Of a DNA stretch of 64,000 nucleotides, positions 26,768 through 40,031 are shown in pieces. Origin of the DNA: Octopus sinensis. Its lineage: Eukaryota. The stretch is from positions 48,298,001 through 48,362,000 of the forward strand of contig NC_042997.1 of NCBI RefSeq assembly GCF_006345805.1. Direction: 5' to 3'. The stretch's first letter is position 1. Each line of letters opens with the position of its first letter. The notes below the pieces were generated by a model that saw only the letters and a program-made list of their open reading frames with translations, did not search any database and was not told the DNA's origin. A program made the translations under genes and the position numbers.

Positions 26768-26950
26768 CGTGTGTGTGTTTGTGGGTGGATGCATGTTTAT
26801 GTATAATATATATGATATATACTCTTTATATAAAAGATATATAGATATGTTTACACAATATTTGTGTAAATATATCTTATATGCACTCTAGAATATATTT
26901 GCATAAAGGAGTAAATACTTGATATATCACATGATCAAGTGATCAAAGCA
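26503..26950. repeat. Direct duplicate of 25240-25511 plus 26216-26345 without the LINE insertion
   Basis: Near-identical ggcgtgatctcaaggaattatc...gatcaagtgatcaaagca. Confidence 0.92.
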
Positions 26951-27251
26951 GACTGTGAGATGTTGTTATACATCGCTAGTAACAAAACGCTTTGCATCGT
27001 TTGAGCTTTTGAATACCACCAGGCTGGTTAGGCGAGCAGACCAAAATTCCCTCTGTCCGAAGGCTAGTCTGTCTCACCTCTATCCATTTACACCTGAGAG
27101 GACTGAAGCAACGTGAAATTAAGTGTTTTGCCCAAGTTCACAACGCGCAGCCGGACTGAGAATAGAAAACACGATCGTAAGTGCAGCAAGCTTATATACT
27201 AGGCTATGCACTTGACAAAAACTCATGAAATAACTGAATGACATACATACA

Positions 27252-27285
<34 letters not shown>

Positions 27286-29734
27286 CATACATACATACAT
27301 ATATACATACACACATACACACATACACACATACATACATACATACATACATACATACACACATACATATATACATACATACATATATACATACATACAT
27401 ATATATATAGATGGAGGAATGAGTATAAAGAATACTCAATACTGTCAGAGAGATTAATGACATTTCATTTGGTTGTTGTTTGCCTCATGCTACTCTGAGT
27501 TTCAACAGGAGTCACACATAAACGTTTGCAGAATTCTTTGATCAATCAGGTGAGGAAATACACAGACCATGTAAAGTAATGTGAATGAATGGAAACAAAA
27601 CGAGAAATGATTTTGTATAACTTTATATAAGTTTTTGTTTTCATAATATTTCGGCCAAATGCTTATTCTCAAATGGATGAAATAGAATACTTAAAAGTGT
27701 TCAGAGACGAAAGCATTGCTTGAAAACCTGTATTGCTGATTGCACTTGGATATGTTAGGCCGAACTATTAGCAGTAGGTAGAGTGATGTGACAACAGGAG
27801 ATCTGGTGGTTGATATAGCATGATAAGTTAGCGTGCATATGAAGGACGAGTGGGGAAGCTAACTAAACGAGAGCTAAAATTGAATGCAATATTAGACAGT
27901 AGGTAATGCGTATGTAGTATTTGTTTGTTCAAATAGGCAAGCTAATACAACGTTGTGCAGTTTCATTTGTTAAAATACAATATGATCAATGTGCGTGAGA
28001 AAAGTCGAGTACTTAAAAGGCAGTTTAAGTGAGGTAATTAGAAAGACCAATGTAGATTGGTTTTGTTGCTGACTTCTGGTTTTTGTCATTTGATGAGAGT
28101 ATCCTCCTTGATTCTAAAGTTATCAATATTCCAGTCAGTAGCTATGGTATATACATTTCCCTATATATCTCCTAACATGTTACTTGATGGAGTTATAGAA
28201 ATTCGGGATTTGCTGTCGCGTTTGTCGCAGTTTACTCGATGCAATACATAAGAAGTGCGTTCAAAAAGTAGCAGACTTTAATCTTTTCCTGTCAAAGCTA
28301 ATGCTGTGTAGGCCAAATTCTTTTTGATGAAAGGTTAAACCACCCTTCATGCGAATGTTGAAAGCGGTAAATTTTACGCACCGATAGGACGCGTCAGTTT
28401 CCAGTTGTCACGCCGAGAATACGGACGTGTAGTGTACGGACGCCTAGAATACGGATTTCCGCATGACTCCAACAGAAACCATAAAACCATGTCTTAGCAC
28501 CTATACTGATGTCCTTCAGTAAGTCTGTGCTGTGACTTGCACAGTTCAGTATATCCTGAGCAATTTGATACGGACTTGTATCTGCTGCAGAAATTCTTCG
28601 CTAAAATGGAATGCACTCATTCTCTACTTATTCCAGCTTCGCGAGGAATATGCTTCTTAATCGGCTCCTCGTTTCTGTTTGTGGATGGTCTGCCTCAGCC
28701 TACCTTATTCTCCATTCTAGTGCAGCCATGTTTGAAACGATGGTACCATTGCTTGATCTGAGCCTTGCCCATGGCATAACCGAAAAAGGCTTGTTGAATC
28801 TTGTGGATTGAGCTCGAGTATCACCAAGCTTTTAATAACACTTGATGCTCGATACGTTTGTTCGATATCTTTGCTCGATACGTTTGAAGTAAACGAAAAC
28901 CCAACATGCGCGCACTCTACGTCTGTACATAAGACGTAACAGCTAGGAACTAACACGGCGTACCAGCGTGTTAGCTCCAGAGCGTTTTTCCTACATGGGA
29001 AGAAATAAAATTTTAGTAGAGAGAAATAAAATCGGATAATTTTTTATTGCACCTCGTCTGAATATTGACACATGCGGCTCTGGACTCATAGGATCGTCTA
29101 TTACAACATCTCGACTGAGGTCCCTAAAATCCGTTTTCATATCGAATTTTAGGTGATATCACCTGAAATGCTCAGAATAAAAGTAAAGCCGCAGTACAGT
29201 TTTGTGATGCATTCGATATTGAAATCAACTAAAATAATATTATTCAAAGCATCAAAGAAATAGTTAGTTTCAGTACGGGAGTTTGTAAGAATGAGAATGT
29301 CAAATATATATCTTGTAAAGGAAGACTAGGAAGTACAGGCTTTGAGCAGTTGGCCTTTCAAAACATTATGCGAAGCAGGACTGAGAAACCGCCTCATCAA
29401 AACCAAAGATTTTGTGATGAGCAAGCGTATTAAGAAGACGCTTGCGACTTTGAAATCAATTACCATTATTAGATCATTGTACGCTGTTTGAGCTATATTT
29501 TCAGCAGAACTGTATACTCGTGTCCCAGTTAGTATTGCTGAATGAGGTTAGAATATCAGTTTTTATAAATCCGATAGTTTCAAGATCTTATTAATGATGA
29601 ATATCAAGTTGGGGTGGGATCTATTTTAGTTGCATATGGAAGAAGATTCAGTGATAAATAACATATTATAATAAATTGCAATGGCCACGACAAGTTCTCT
29701 AAAACATTAACTGTTTGATCACTTAATCATATAC

Positions 29735-30074
29735 TCTTATTCTTTCACTCAGTTTACTTGTTTCAGTGGAACACCGCCTTGAAGTGTGTTTGTCAAACAA
29801 TTCGACCCCACAAATTAATTTTAAGGTTACTATTTATTCTATTTACGGGGACATAAACACACAAACACCGGTTGTCAAACGATGATGTGGGACAAACACA
29901 GACAGAAAGACACACATACACACATATGTATACACATATATATGTATATATGGCAAGGATTTGGTCGGCCCAACACTATAGTAGAAGACACCTGACCAAG
30001 ATGCAGCAATGGGACCGAACTCGGAATAATGTAGTTGGGAGCTAGCTTATTACAACACAACCACGCCTGCGCCT
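29735..30074 (-). mobile_element. tRNA-derived SINE family B (internally deleted)
   Basis: Head ...cacaaccacgcctgcgcct and tail homology. Confidence 0.8.
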
Positions 30075-30600
30075 ATTATTATGCAACTAATCACAATGCA
30101 CATTTGTATAAGGTCAACACATTCATAGGAAATACTCTTAAACATTAACTGTTTGATCACTTAGCAATAATGGAGCTCATATTACGAAAATAATCCTAAT
30201 ACACATTTGCATAATGCCAACACATTCATAGGAAATTCGTATAGTTACTTGCATTGATGTCAGTACACTGTAGATTCTTCGATTTTGGAGAGAGAGTCAT
30301 GATAACGTTGATACCAGGAGATTTAAACTGAGAATGTGATAAATTATTTTAAATACTTAACTAATTTCACCGGCAATTTTATCATTTCTAATGTTCCACT
30401 GTCCATAACTTGTATATATCTAATTTATCTTTCTCAGGAGGATGATAGAAACGAAATAATATTAATTTTATTTTCTGCAAGTGTGATGAGCACTCAGCTC
30501 AGTTAACCACAGGAGATCACTGATATTTATTAACTCAGAAGAAATGGAAGTATAATGTAGATTACATAGATTTGAGATGAGGGTGTATATGAACTAAAGT

Positions 30601-30984
30601 GGAGGCGCAATGGCCCAGTGGTTAGGGCAGCGGACTCGCGGTCATAGGATCGCGATTTCGATTCCCAGACCGGGCGTTGTGAGTGTTTATTGAGCGAAAA
30701 CACCTAAAGCTCCACGAGGCTCCGGCAGGGGGATGGTGGTGATCCCTGCTATACTCTTTCACCACAACTTTCTCTCACTCTTACTTCCTGTTTCTGTTGT
30801 ACCTGTATTTCAAAGGGCCGGCCTTGTCACTCTCTGTGTCACGCTGAATATCCCCGAGAACTACGTTAAGGGTGCACGTGTCTGTGGAGTGCTCAGCCAC
30901 TTATACGTTAATTTCACGAGCAGGCTGTTCCGTTGATTCGGATCAACCGGAACCCTCATCGTCGTAACCGACGGAGTGCTTCCA
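30601..30984 (+). mobile_element. tRNA-derived SINE family A
   Basis: Head ggaggcgcaaTGGCCCAGTGGttagggcagcgg...GATTTCGATTCCc (A and B boxes); homologues at 61349-61733 and 8022-8372. Confidence 0.9.
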
Positions 30985-31913
30985 GAAATGTAAGTTTTTT
31001 TATAAATCACTGCTAGATTTGAACTCAAAACGATGAATAATAGAAAGCTCTTTACCAGTATTCTATTATTACTGTTTTTCAAAGGCCATTATATAATTTA
31101 TAAAACGTGAACGGAAACTATGGAAACTTCCTTTCACATGTATAGATAGAGCTCTTGATTTAAAGAAAAATATGTAATTGATTGTATTGAAAATGCTATA
31201 TTAATTGTATATATACTATTGAACATAGTATGTAGAAAGACAAAATCTTCCACGGGGAGATTTGACCTGAAAATAGAAAGAGGAGGTAACTAATTGCTTT
31301 GAAGGAGTGCTTCTGGGGCATTATTTAGTCTATGGTCCATTCGACTTCAGAACAGACGAAATATAAAGCAATTAGTTTTGCGCTCTATAAAGAATAATAA
31401 TGATATGTTACACATATATATCGAGGTGCATTCTGTGGAGTAGCAGTACACTCTATGAAAACGAAAGGACATTTGAAAGGTACTTATTTAATCGATTACA
31501 GTAGGGGTACCTTGAACGTTATTTAAACTAAAGGAAGGTATTTTGTCTACTGCCTACTCATCTACCAAATCTGCCACCACAATAATGATTTATAATATAT
31601 ACATGTCACAAAAATGTTACCAGGAGGCTTAGTGTTGATAAGAATCAGTAAGGTACTTAATTGGAATTCATTTCATCAATACTGAAGAATAAGTTTCAAA
31701 GTCGACTTTACTAATTTAGTCTCAGTTTTGAGGGTAAGATGTTGCGCGATTACATCGAACACAGTACTTTATCAGCACTGTATTTTATTGACCCTAGAAG
31801 GTGGAAAAGCAAAGTTGACCCAGTAGAATTCGAACTTCGAACATGGCGTTTTGTACGCAAGCAAACTTGTTCCTCTCTCGGTCATTTCAGTATGACCTGA
31901 CCGTTTAATGCAG

Positions 31914-32470
31914 ACTAGCAGCATAGCCCTGCGTTGCCCGGGTATGTAAGAGCCCCTAGTAGGCAACGACTAATCCCAATCTAGTCATTTCCCTCTAGGG
32001 AACGAAGGCGCATGTGTAGGTTGCAATGTCTTCTCTTCACTCCCAAATAACTATCAAACAGCTATCGATAATTCAACCCAACCAATTCCTACCAGGAAGA
32101 AATTACATTCGAGACTTTACCCCCAACACCGCCACTTCTGCTGATAGCTGCTGCAGCCGCAAGTTATTCGAATACTTTTGTACATTTTTATACATTTTGG
32201 GATACTTACCCGACGTGTTCCGAGAGTTAAAAAGGTCGAGTTGCGTCCCTTAGACAGTCTGTAGAAAATGTGTTGCATATAAAAAGCTTAGATTCACGAC
32301 CCATGTCGAATTTATCGATTTTTTTTCAGAACTGGGGGAACTTTTCAAAATTTTCGCTGCTTTAGTTTTGAATTATGACATGGGGCTACGTGTGTGTCAA
32401 ATTTCATCAGAATCGGTTGAAAGCCGTGGTCAGGGTGAGGGTACAACCTGACAGACACACATATATAGAG
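31914..32470 (+). mobile_element. Helentron/DINE-like non-autonomous element
   Basis: actagcagcatagccctgcgttgcccggg start; aaatttcatcagaatcggttgaaagccgt...acagacacac-atatatag end. Confidence 0.55.
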
Positions 32471-32784
32471 AGATACGTTTGTTTTGTTTTATTTTCTCTC
32501 AATCTTTTTTCTATTTTCATCAATTCTTTTGTATTTTCATCTATTTTTCTGTAGAAGATCATTGAGTAGGACTTCCTCAGTGTTTCCTATGCATATTGAT
32601 AGACCCTGTTTTTTGCTTTTTAAAACTATGACACGTCTTTGTGTCTTCTTTTATTTTTGAATCATATATATATATATATATATATATATGCATGCATATA
32701 TACACACACATACACACTCATATAGTAGACTTTTCCAGAATTATTATGAACTCGTAGTCACTGCAAAAAAACAGCACTATATAT

Positions 32785-32996
32785 CTATTTCTTTACTACC
32801 CACAAGGGGCTAAACATAGAGGGGGAAAACAAGAAGAGACAAAGGGATTAAGTCGATTACATCGACCCGTACTTTATTTATCGACCCCGAAAGGATGAAA
32901 GGCAAAGTCGACCTCGGCGGAATTTGAACTCGGAACGTAACGACAGACAGCATTTCGCCCGGTGCATTAACGTTTCTGCTAGCTCGCCGCCTTCAT
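32785..32996 (-). mobile_element. SINE family C with 10-bp TSD
   Basis: Family consensus flanked by CACTATATAT at 32775-32784 and 32997-33006. Confidence 0.88.
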
Positions 32997-33859
32997 CACT
33001 ATATATAATATCGGGTTCTATGCTTCTCAAAATATTTTGGAAGTGAATACAAATAAATAAATAAATGAATAAATAAGTAAAAAAAAATCAATAACATGGT
33101 CTTTGAAAATAACTACTTAAGAATTCAGTGTGCTTGCTACTGTTAATGCTATTTACGTTCCTGTTGCGTCTATCACCAATGTTATTGTTCTTGTTGTAAA
33201 TGTTCTTTTGTTCTCGTTGCTGACGGTGCTATTCCTTTTGTTTCAAGACTACTAAATTTTGTATTTCTGCTGTCTGATTATGTTTCTACTTTTTTTCTTT
33301 CTTAAATAAAAAAAACCTCATTTGCATGTTATTCATTCTTCAAATGCAGCCTAAAAAAAACAATCATGATCTTTTACCGATGATTTGTACTTTGCCTAAA
33401 GGTTCCGATTTAAGCGAAGTGTATGAAGTAGTTTTGTTCTTCATTCAAACAATAATCGTTCTGTCTCCCGAGAAGGTCGACCCTGATTCTAAATACTTCT
33501 TGCCAACTGTAATGCTGAAGGCAGATTTGTGTTTATATTCTTGCGAGTATACATGTATATTGGTAAGTATTTGCGTGTGGCATATGTGTCTATATAAGTG
33601 TGTATCCACCGATTTTTTAGTTCCTTGATCCTCAGTCTTATCATGTTAAGTACTGCTGCAAAAGAACGAATCTCTTGCTCAATTTAATATAAGTGTTTTG
33701 AACTACCGCAAGCAAAGTAGAGGCGGCACAGCTGGTGTGTATTTGCCGCAGTTGTCTGCCTTTACGTCTACTCTTTACATCTTCCACCTCCTTAAACTGT
33801 TCTTTTTTTACAAAAAGGAGAAAATACAATAACAATCCTTTCTACAATAGGTATAATAT

Positions 33860-34045
33860 CTGGAACTTTAGGGGAAGTGGCTTGTCGATCACTCCAACCC
33901 CAGTGCTCAACGGGTACATATTTAATCGACCACAAGGGGTTGAAGGATATGTCGACCTCAGCGGAATTTGATCTCCGAACGTAAAGGCAGACGAAATGCC
34001 CAACACATTTTGCGGAACACACTAACGTGTCCGCTAGCTCACCAC
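33860..34045 (-). mobile_element. SINE family C (degraded)
   Basis: gtcgacctcagcggaatttgatctccgaacgtaaaggcagacgaaat. Confidence 0.75.
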
Positions 34046-34055
34046 ATCAGTAATA

Positions 34056-34095
34056 AGAGCACTCAGAGAGAGCAAACCTCCGCCAAGGCAACACT
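34056..34095 (-). mobile_element. HINE-like 3' end (subTIR and terminal hairpin)
   Basis: ccttggcggaggtttgctctctctgagtgctct. Confidence 0.6.
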
Positions 34096-35935
34096 AACGT
34101 CCTGATTTCTTTTATTAGGCACAAGGCCTCTATAAAGATGAGACAACACAAAAACAAAAACAAAACACACAATACAATGGGGTACATAAAACCACATAAC
34201 GTACAATGAAAAATGAGGATTGAATGACTTACCTGCCCCCACAAGCAGGTAGTTTCATTTTACTGTTTTTATATGACATTTTACTAACAGTTCAATATCT
34301 GTCTTGTATCTGTAGGTTTCCCTTTTTTAAAAATAATTACACGAAGTCATTAATTATTCAGTTCTTAATTAGCCCAGTTACCCTCATTTACGCCAAATAT
34401 GTTATATCTTCGAATGCCACCACCGGCGCAACTCATCAAAACGAAACTGTATCTGTGCCACCTCCAACCCCTCACCAAACAATTCCTCCAACGGCTCTCC
34501 CCTCTCTCCCTTTAGCAGAACTGCCCTCAGACCTACATTGCTCTCGTCGGTTGACAACTTATCTCCGATCACGTTCTTCACGTTCGCCATCTCCTCCTCC
34601 ATCTCTACACTTTCCGTGTATTGTATCACACCTGCTAAGGGCCCTCCCTTCGGTACTACAGTCCGTTCCTCCTCACCAACCTCTTCCACCTTTGCTGGCA
34701 TTTCCATCTCTGCACGTCTCCCATTCCCTGTTGCCATCCTCTCTCTTTCCTCCTCCCCCTCTTCCGTACCATCCTTTCCCTGCCGGTTGCTGGTAACGGT
34801 TCCTGCCCGCGCTCCTCGACCCTGTCACCCACCTTTGCTGGCCCTTCATTCTTTCTCTGCACGTTCGCCCTCCCTTGCTTCACACTCGGCGTCTCCTCTC
34901 CACCTCACCTCCTCTTCCTGCCAGGACTTCCTGGTGGAGAGTCAGCGCTAATCCTCCTCCTCCCCTTCTCACTACTGTACACTGCTCCTCCACACTTCGC
35001 CCCTCAACGGCTGAAGCTCCCTCCTCCCACCACCCCTTCTCTATCTCTTCTCTTCGTGTTTCCGGGGACACTTAGCGTTCATGTGCCCCCGTACTCCACA
35101 TTGAAAGCAAGTAGGAGGTCCTTCTTCCACCACAACTCTCAGTTTCGTCTCATCCGGCAAAATTAACTCCTCAGCAACTCTGTGGAGATCTGGCAAACTG
35201 ATGCGAACCAACTCCTCGATGCCGCATCCCCAGCAGTTCACCTCCGTGGTTCCTGCGATTTTCAGCATTTTGGCACCCTCCTTTGCATTATAGAGGATGG
35301 CTGCGACCAGTCACGCTTCTTCAATTTCTGGGGGCACTCCACCAATTCCACCTCCCGCCACACGTCTGTCACAGCAGGTTGGTAGTAGCACCCATTCAGT
35401 GGATCTCAAAGGCACAGTGGAGTGTTTTATCGCTTCTTCTTCACTCACAAATCATACCTCAACCGTGCCATATTACCCTTCTCTAGTGCAGTACTCCTCG
35501 ACCGCCTCCACCGAAGCTACTTCCGCTATTTCTGCAGCATGAGATAGCGCTCAGCATATTACAGTCCTCCTTTCATTCCTTTTAGCAACTTCCCGAGGCG
35601 GCGCCAGCCTCAGGTTGTCTGCCTCCCTTTCTCAACAATTCTTTGCACATCTTGAAATTCGCGTCGTTCAGTCGAACTTCTCTCACTTGCAGGACATCCG
35701 CGGTTAGACCTTTCCCAGTCACTGCAGCGCAACTTGCAGCTGGAACCGGTCGACTTTCCATAACGAAACTCTCCACAACTTCACCCACAAATGGGAAGGA
35801 AAAATAAAAGTCCACAATAAATTCAATAATTCAGCAATATAACAATTGAGTGCGGCAGACCTTCAACAATTTAGCAATAATAAGACTCACATGGAGCGAA
35901 CACACATCAAATGCAACAGAGAATCAAACGACTCA
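34090..35935 (-). mobile_element. ORF1-only non-LTR element (L1/Tx1-type gag-like ORF1 with CCHC knuckle, then 3' UTR and AATAAA)
   Basis: KLRVVVEEGPPTCFQCGVRGHMNAKCP at 35067-35140, followed by an acidic/basic low-complexity C-terminus. No EN or RT sequence before AATAAA near 34112. Disrupted by stops. Confidence 0.65.
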
Positions 35936-36370
35936 ACACAACACTAACATTTTGATTTCTTTTATTAGGCACAAGGCCTCTGTAAAGATAGGACAACACG
36001 AAAACAGACAAAACAATACAATGGGATACATAGAAACACATATCGAATGAAATTATGGGTACGATGAAAAAATGAGGATGGAATGACTTACCTACCCCCA
36101 TAAGGTAGTTTCATTTTAATGTTTTTAAATGAAGTTTTACTTAACAGTTCAACATCCTATCTTGCATCTGTTGGTTTTCCTTTTTTTTTCTTTTTAAACA
36201 CAAAGTCACTATTTAGACCATATATTCCAATAAATCTTCAAATGCCACAACCGGCGGCAACTCATCGTAACGAAACCGTACCATTGTCACATCTATCCTT
36301 TCCACAAACAACTCCTTCAATCTTTCTCCTCTTTCTCTTTCCAGCAGAACAGCTTTCGTATCTTCATTGT
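35936..36370 (-). mobile_element. 5'-truncated paralogue of the ORF1-only element
   Basis: Aligns to 34090-34540 (caacactaac...ttttattaggcacaaggcctct...gaatgacttacct...gcaactcatc..aacgaaac) at roughly 75-80%. Confidence 0.75.
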
Positions 36371-36371
36371 C

Positions 36372-36528
36372 CATATAAATCCCAAAATCTAATCGGTTCG
36401 TGCTAGTTATAAGGCCAAACATCCCTGAAAGCTTCGTCCTAATCCATCCAGCGGTTCTTGAGATATCTTGTCCATGGACAAACAGAAAAACAAACACGAC
36501 TGAATACAATACTTGCACCTTCGCTAAA
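36372..36528 (-). mobile_element. Helentron-type non-autonomous element (HINE-like), 5' part
   Basis: ttagcgaaggt...gtttgtttttctgtttgt...gatatctcaagaaccgctggatggatt...gattagattttgg matches the recalled DINE/HINE layout. Confidence 0.55.
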
Positions 36529-36534
36529 TCTTTT

Positions 36535-36735
36535 ATACTATAGGCATAAGGCCTGAAACTTCGGGGGAACGGACTAGTCGATTATATTGACCCCAGTGCT
36601 CAACTGGTACTTATTTTATCGACCCGAAATGATAAAAGGCAAAGTCGACCTCGGCGAAATTTGAACTCAGAACGTAAAAACAAGCGAAATGCTGCTAAGC
36701 ATTTACTTGGCGTGCTACCAATTCTGCCAGCTCCC
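36535..36735 (-). mobile_element. SINE family C
   Basis: taggcataaggcctgaa...aaaggcaaagtcgacctcggcg...ttctgccagctc. Confidence 0.8.
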
Positions 36736-36766
36736 CACCCTCATAATAATAATAATAATAATAATA

Positions 36767-36820
<54 letters not shown>

Positions 36821-37099
36821 CACGAAGAAATGCAACAAGAAGAACAACAACAACTATAATTCCTTAACGGAAAGAGTTCAAAGTAAACAAATATATAATT
36901 TATAGACTTGTTTAAATATATATAAAATGACAGATTCAGAGATAGTGAGGGTTTTGCAGAGGTCATTGAAAATACGATAATAAAAATATAGATAAATAGG
37001 AAACCTTCAGAATTTCAACAAACAAAATTTGCCCATACCAGAAAAAATAACCTCTTCCTCCCGCTATTTCACGGCTTGTAAAAACATGAAACAAGATGA

Positions 37100-38850
37100 G
37101 TTTATTTGACCCGAGAGTGCAGCTATTTCATTGAAGATTCACTGAGGAACAGGACATTTCTTTCTATACTTACCTTCGTTTCCAAGAGAAGACTTCAACG
37201 TATTACTGAGGATCACGCCAAACTGGATGTGTCTCACCATCATACAGGCACTTTTAACATTGTCACAAGAGGAAAACTACTACCTTAACTGGCCGAAGGA
37301 AACGTGTGTGCTGTTCGTCAAAAGTCCACTGATCAACAATGCTTGAACAGTGAACGAAAATTTCTTCACACTGCGCTCGCTTTGAACAGGACTGACTCAC
37401 AACTTTTTTCTCCCTGTAGAGTTTGTTTCGAAACAATAATGGTTACTCAGCCCTGTAACGATGCCACATCAATGATTACTAGAATTTATCCGTTGTTCTT
37501 GCACCGAAAGTTCTCCGGACGGACAAACTACTTTAAAGTCATGGGTGCTAGAATGTTGATACTCTTCCCTGCCACTAGCACCCTATAGAATATCAAAGTA
37601 AATGTTGCACAGACAACATTGACCAACTAGTTAAAGGCTGTCAGTTCCTGATAATATATTTGAAGCCAAGCACTCACTCTTAGTTTCCACTTGACGTAGG
37701 GTTGCAATTACGTGAAAGAGACGAGTTGAGGAAGGAGGATGACACCTACTCACCGTAAAGAAGCATTTGTCGATGCCAGAATCTCAGCATAGGATGGTGT
37801 CAGCAGATGGACCTCCTGAGCAACGAATTGCATTCATATCACAAGAAGCGAAAGGGCAGACGCTTCAATCTCGTGGAACCGCAGGAAAGTTGCGGTATCT
37901 GACAGTAATATATAAGAGATGCATCTGCCAACACTGCTACTCTTTTCAGGGATACCTTCTTCCCAATATATTTGTAGGTGAGTCTAGCCACTTTCCTCCT
38001 AACATGACCCAATTTCTCACTCACCTAGAGGTCTATATCGAATCAGAAACCAAACGATTTAACATGTTTGTCCGTCCAGAACTCTATGGCTCTGTTTGAA
38101 GGCATAGAATTGTTTCTCCAAGTAGGAAACTGCCAACGGTAAAAAAAACTTATAGTGGTTAATTATCGCTTCCATCATTGCGCCTCATTGCTTTTGAATA
38201 ATGTTGGCCACCTCGATTTTCCTGTTGTCCGACACCATTGCACTGACATTGCCCACATATACGGGGACATTATCTAAGATTCTTCCATGTCCAAATTCGA
38301 ACGGAATACAAATACTTACCCCTTAGGCGAGTGCGCTGATATTTACGGATCAGTTTTGGGCCGATATATCATTGTAAATTATTATTCGACAGGATGTTTG
38401 TTCCGGATTTCTAGGGCCTCTTATACTGCAGTACTTTGCTCGTCTATTTTTTGTAGCTGTTTATTATTTCTTTGACGTGTACTCTTGATCACTCTAGAAA
38501 CTTGAACAAGATCTGTGGCCACACCTGCGAAAGATTTTCACTTTGTGGTACTGGTGTTGCCATGGTTTTAGAAAAATTAGTTTGATAGCGGTGGTGGTGA
38601 TTGCATTGCTAGCGATAGTAATTGTCGAAGTAGCATTGTTTTATCGCCCTTGGTTGTCATAGCATGGTGTGGTGATGGTAGTGATTTCGTTCACACTATT
38701 CACTGGTTTGCTTGCTTATCCTAGAGAAGTATGTTTTGCTTAAAATCTCAGCAAGAACTCTTTCTAAATCCTCCTTGGATGAAAGAAGGAAAGCTCCTGT
38801 CACTTTAGCAAAACAGAGGAAATTCCCATCATTCTCGCGGTCGATTCAGT
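37100..38850 (-). mobile_element. Degraded L1/Tx1-clade ORF2 (RT and C-terminal region)
   Basis: VYVGNVSAMVSD (YADD-like), WTDKHVKSFGF.F..DL, KKVSLKRVAVLADASLIYY and RLKRLPFRFL, in the expected order with many stops. Confidence 0.55.
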
Positions 38851-40000
38851 AAAATATTGTGGTCGGCGGACAAGTTGGAAGCTTTCGTACTTTCAAACAA
38901 AAATTTCATATTGAGAGTGTATCATTTGAAAGAACATTTGGAAAATATAGCCTTTCTTTACTCGTGTTTAAGACAAACAAATTATGTCCATGTCAACTAT
39001 TGCTATCCTTGTCGAGCTTTTGTATATTATGCAACACTCTTCTGAAGGTGTGTCGTTAATTTTTCCATGAGATTTTTTTGTGTAGATTCACCAACGTATT
39101 TTGCACTTTCTTTTTTTCTTTTTTTTTTTTTGGCGATTGTCTGCTTTGGTTACTGCAACCTTTCTGTGAGTCAGATCTAGAAATATCTATTTTTTTCTTC
39201 AGTATTACGCAGCAAAATCAAAACATAACTATTTTTAAAAGCACAGACCTTGTTATCTAATGCCAGGAGAGATAATACTTCCAATATGTTCCATAAGTCA
39301 CAATGAAAAACATTCGTTCAAGTGGTAATTTAGCTTACTGACCAAATACGAGTTAAAAAATGAAAGTGCAAAAAAGGTGATATTTACGCTGACAGCATAA
39401 AATGAAGGTAATAAAATGCAACCAAGTTTTTTTTTTCTTTCTGAAACTATCCCAACATATGGATGAAAGAACGAGCGATTATGTGGCTGAGAGGTATTGG
39501 GCACGAACGGAATCTCGATTTAAGCAAATGTGTTTTTCTTTCGTGTTATTAGAATTTATATTAAAAGTCACGAAATATTGAAAAGACACAACGAGACGTA
39601 ATAGAAAATTCTATTAATATTCTCACAGTTAAATGTGGTATTTTTTTGCATAACTATATTAAAAATGTATAAATAAATTTCCTGCAACAGACAATAAAAA
39701 AAAAAGCCCCTGTCAAAAATATTCAGTGAAAAGAAAAGCTTTAGAATTAGAGATTATAAGAAGAGAGTAACAATAAATTTTGCACAACGACAGATAGTCG
39801 CTTTTCAAATGGATATAAATGAATAAAAAATGAGAAACAAAATATTTTTTACAATCATACAATATATAACTGCAAATAACTAAAGAATATACGCAGGATC
39901 CCAAATTTGATTCAGTTCGTAACACATAGATTTGCACACATACACACATACAAACACATATTCACACATAGGCGCACGCACACGCACGCAAACACACATG

Positions 40001-40018
<18 letters not shown>

Positions 40019-40031
<13 letters not shown>

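Noticed and set aside
27600-28950. Possible PLE N-terminal coding remnant on the minus strand
   Set aside because: Only a weak LSNYLT-like similarity; not enough to call.
30601-30675. tRNA gene
   Set aside because: It has A/B boxes but no complete cloverleaf and continues into SINE body; it is a SINE head.
33440-33570. Open stretch ending in ggtaagt as a possible host exon
   Set aside because: No recognisable protein similarity or clear acceptor, and it contains SINE-like gtcgacc sequence.
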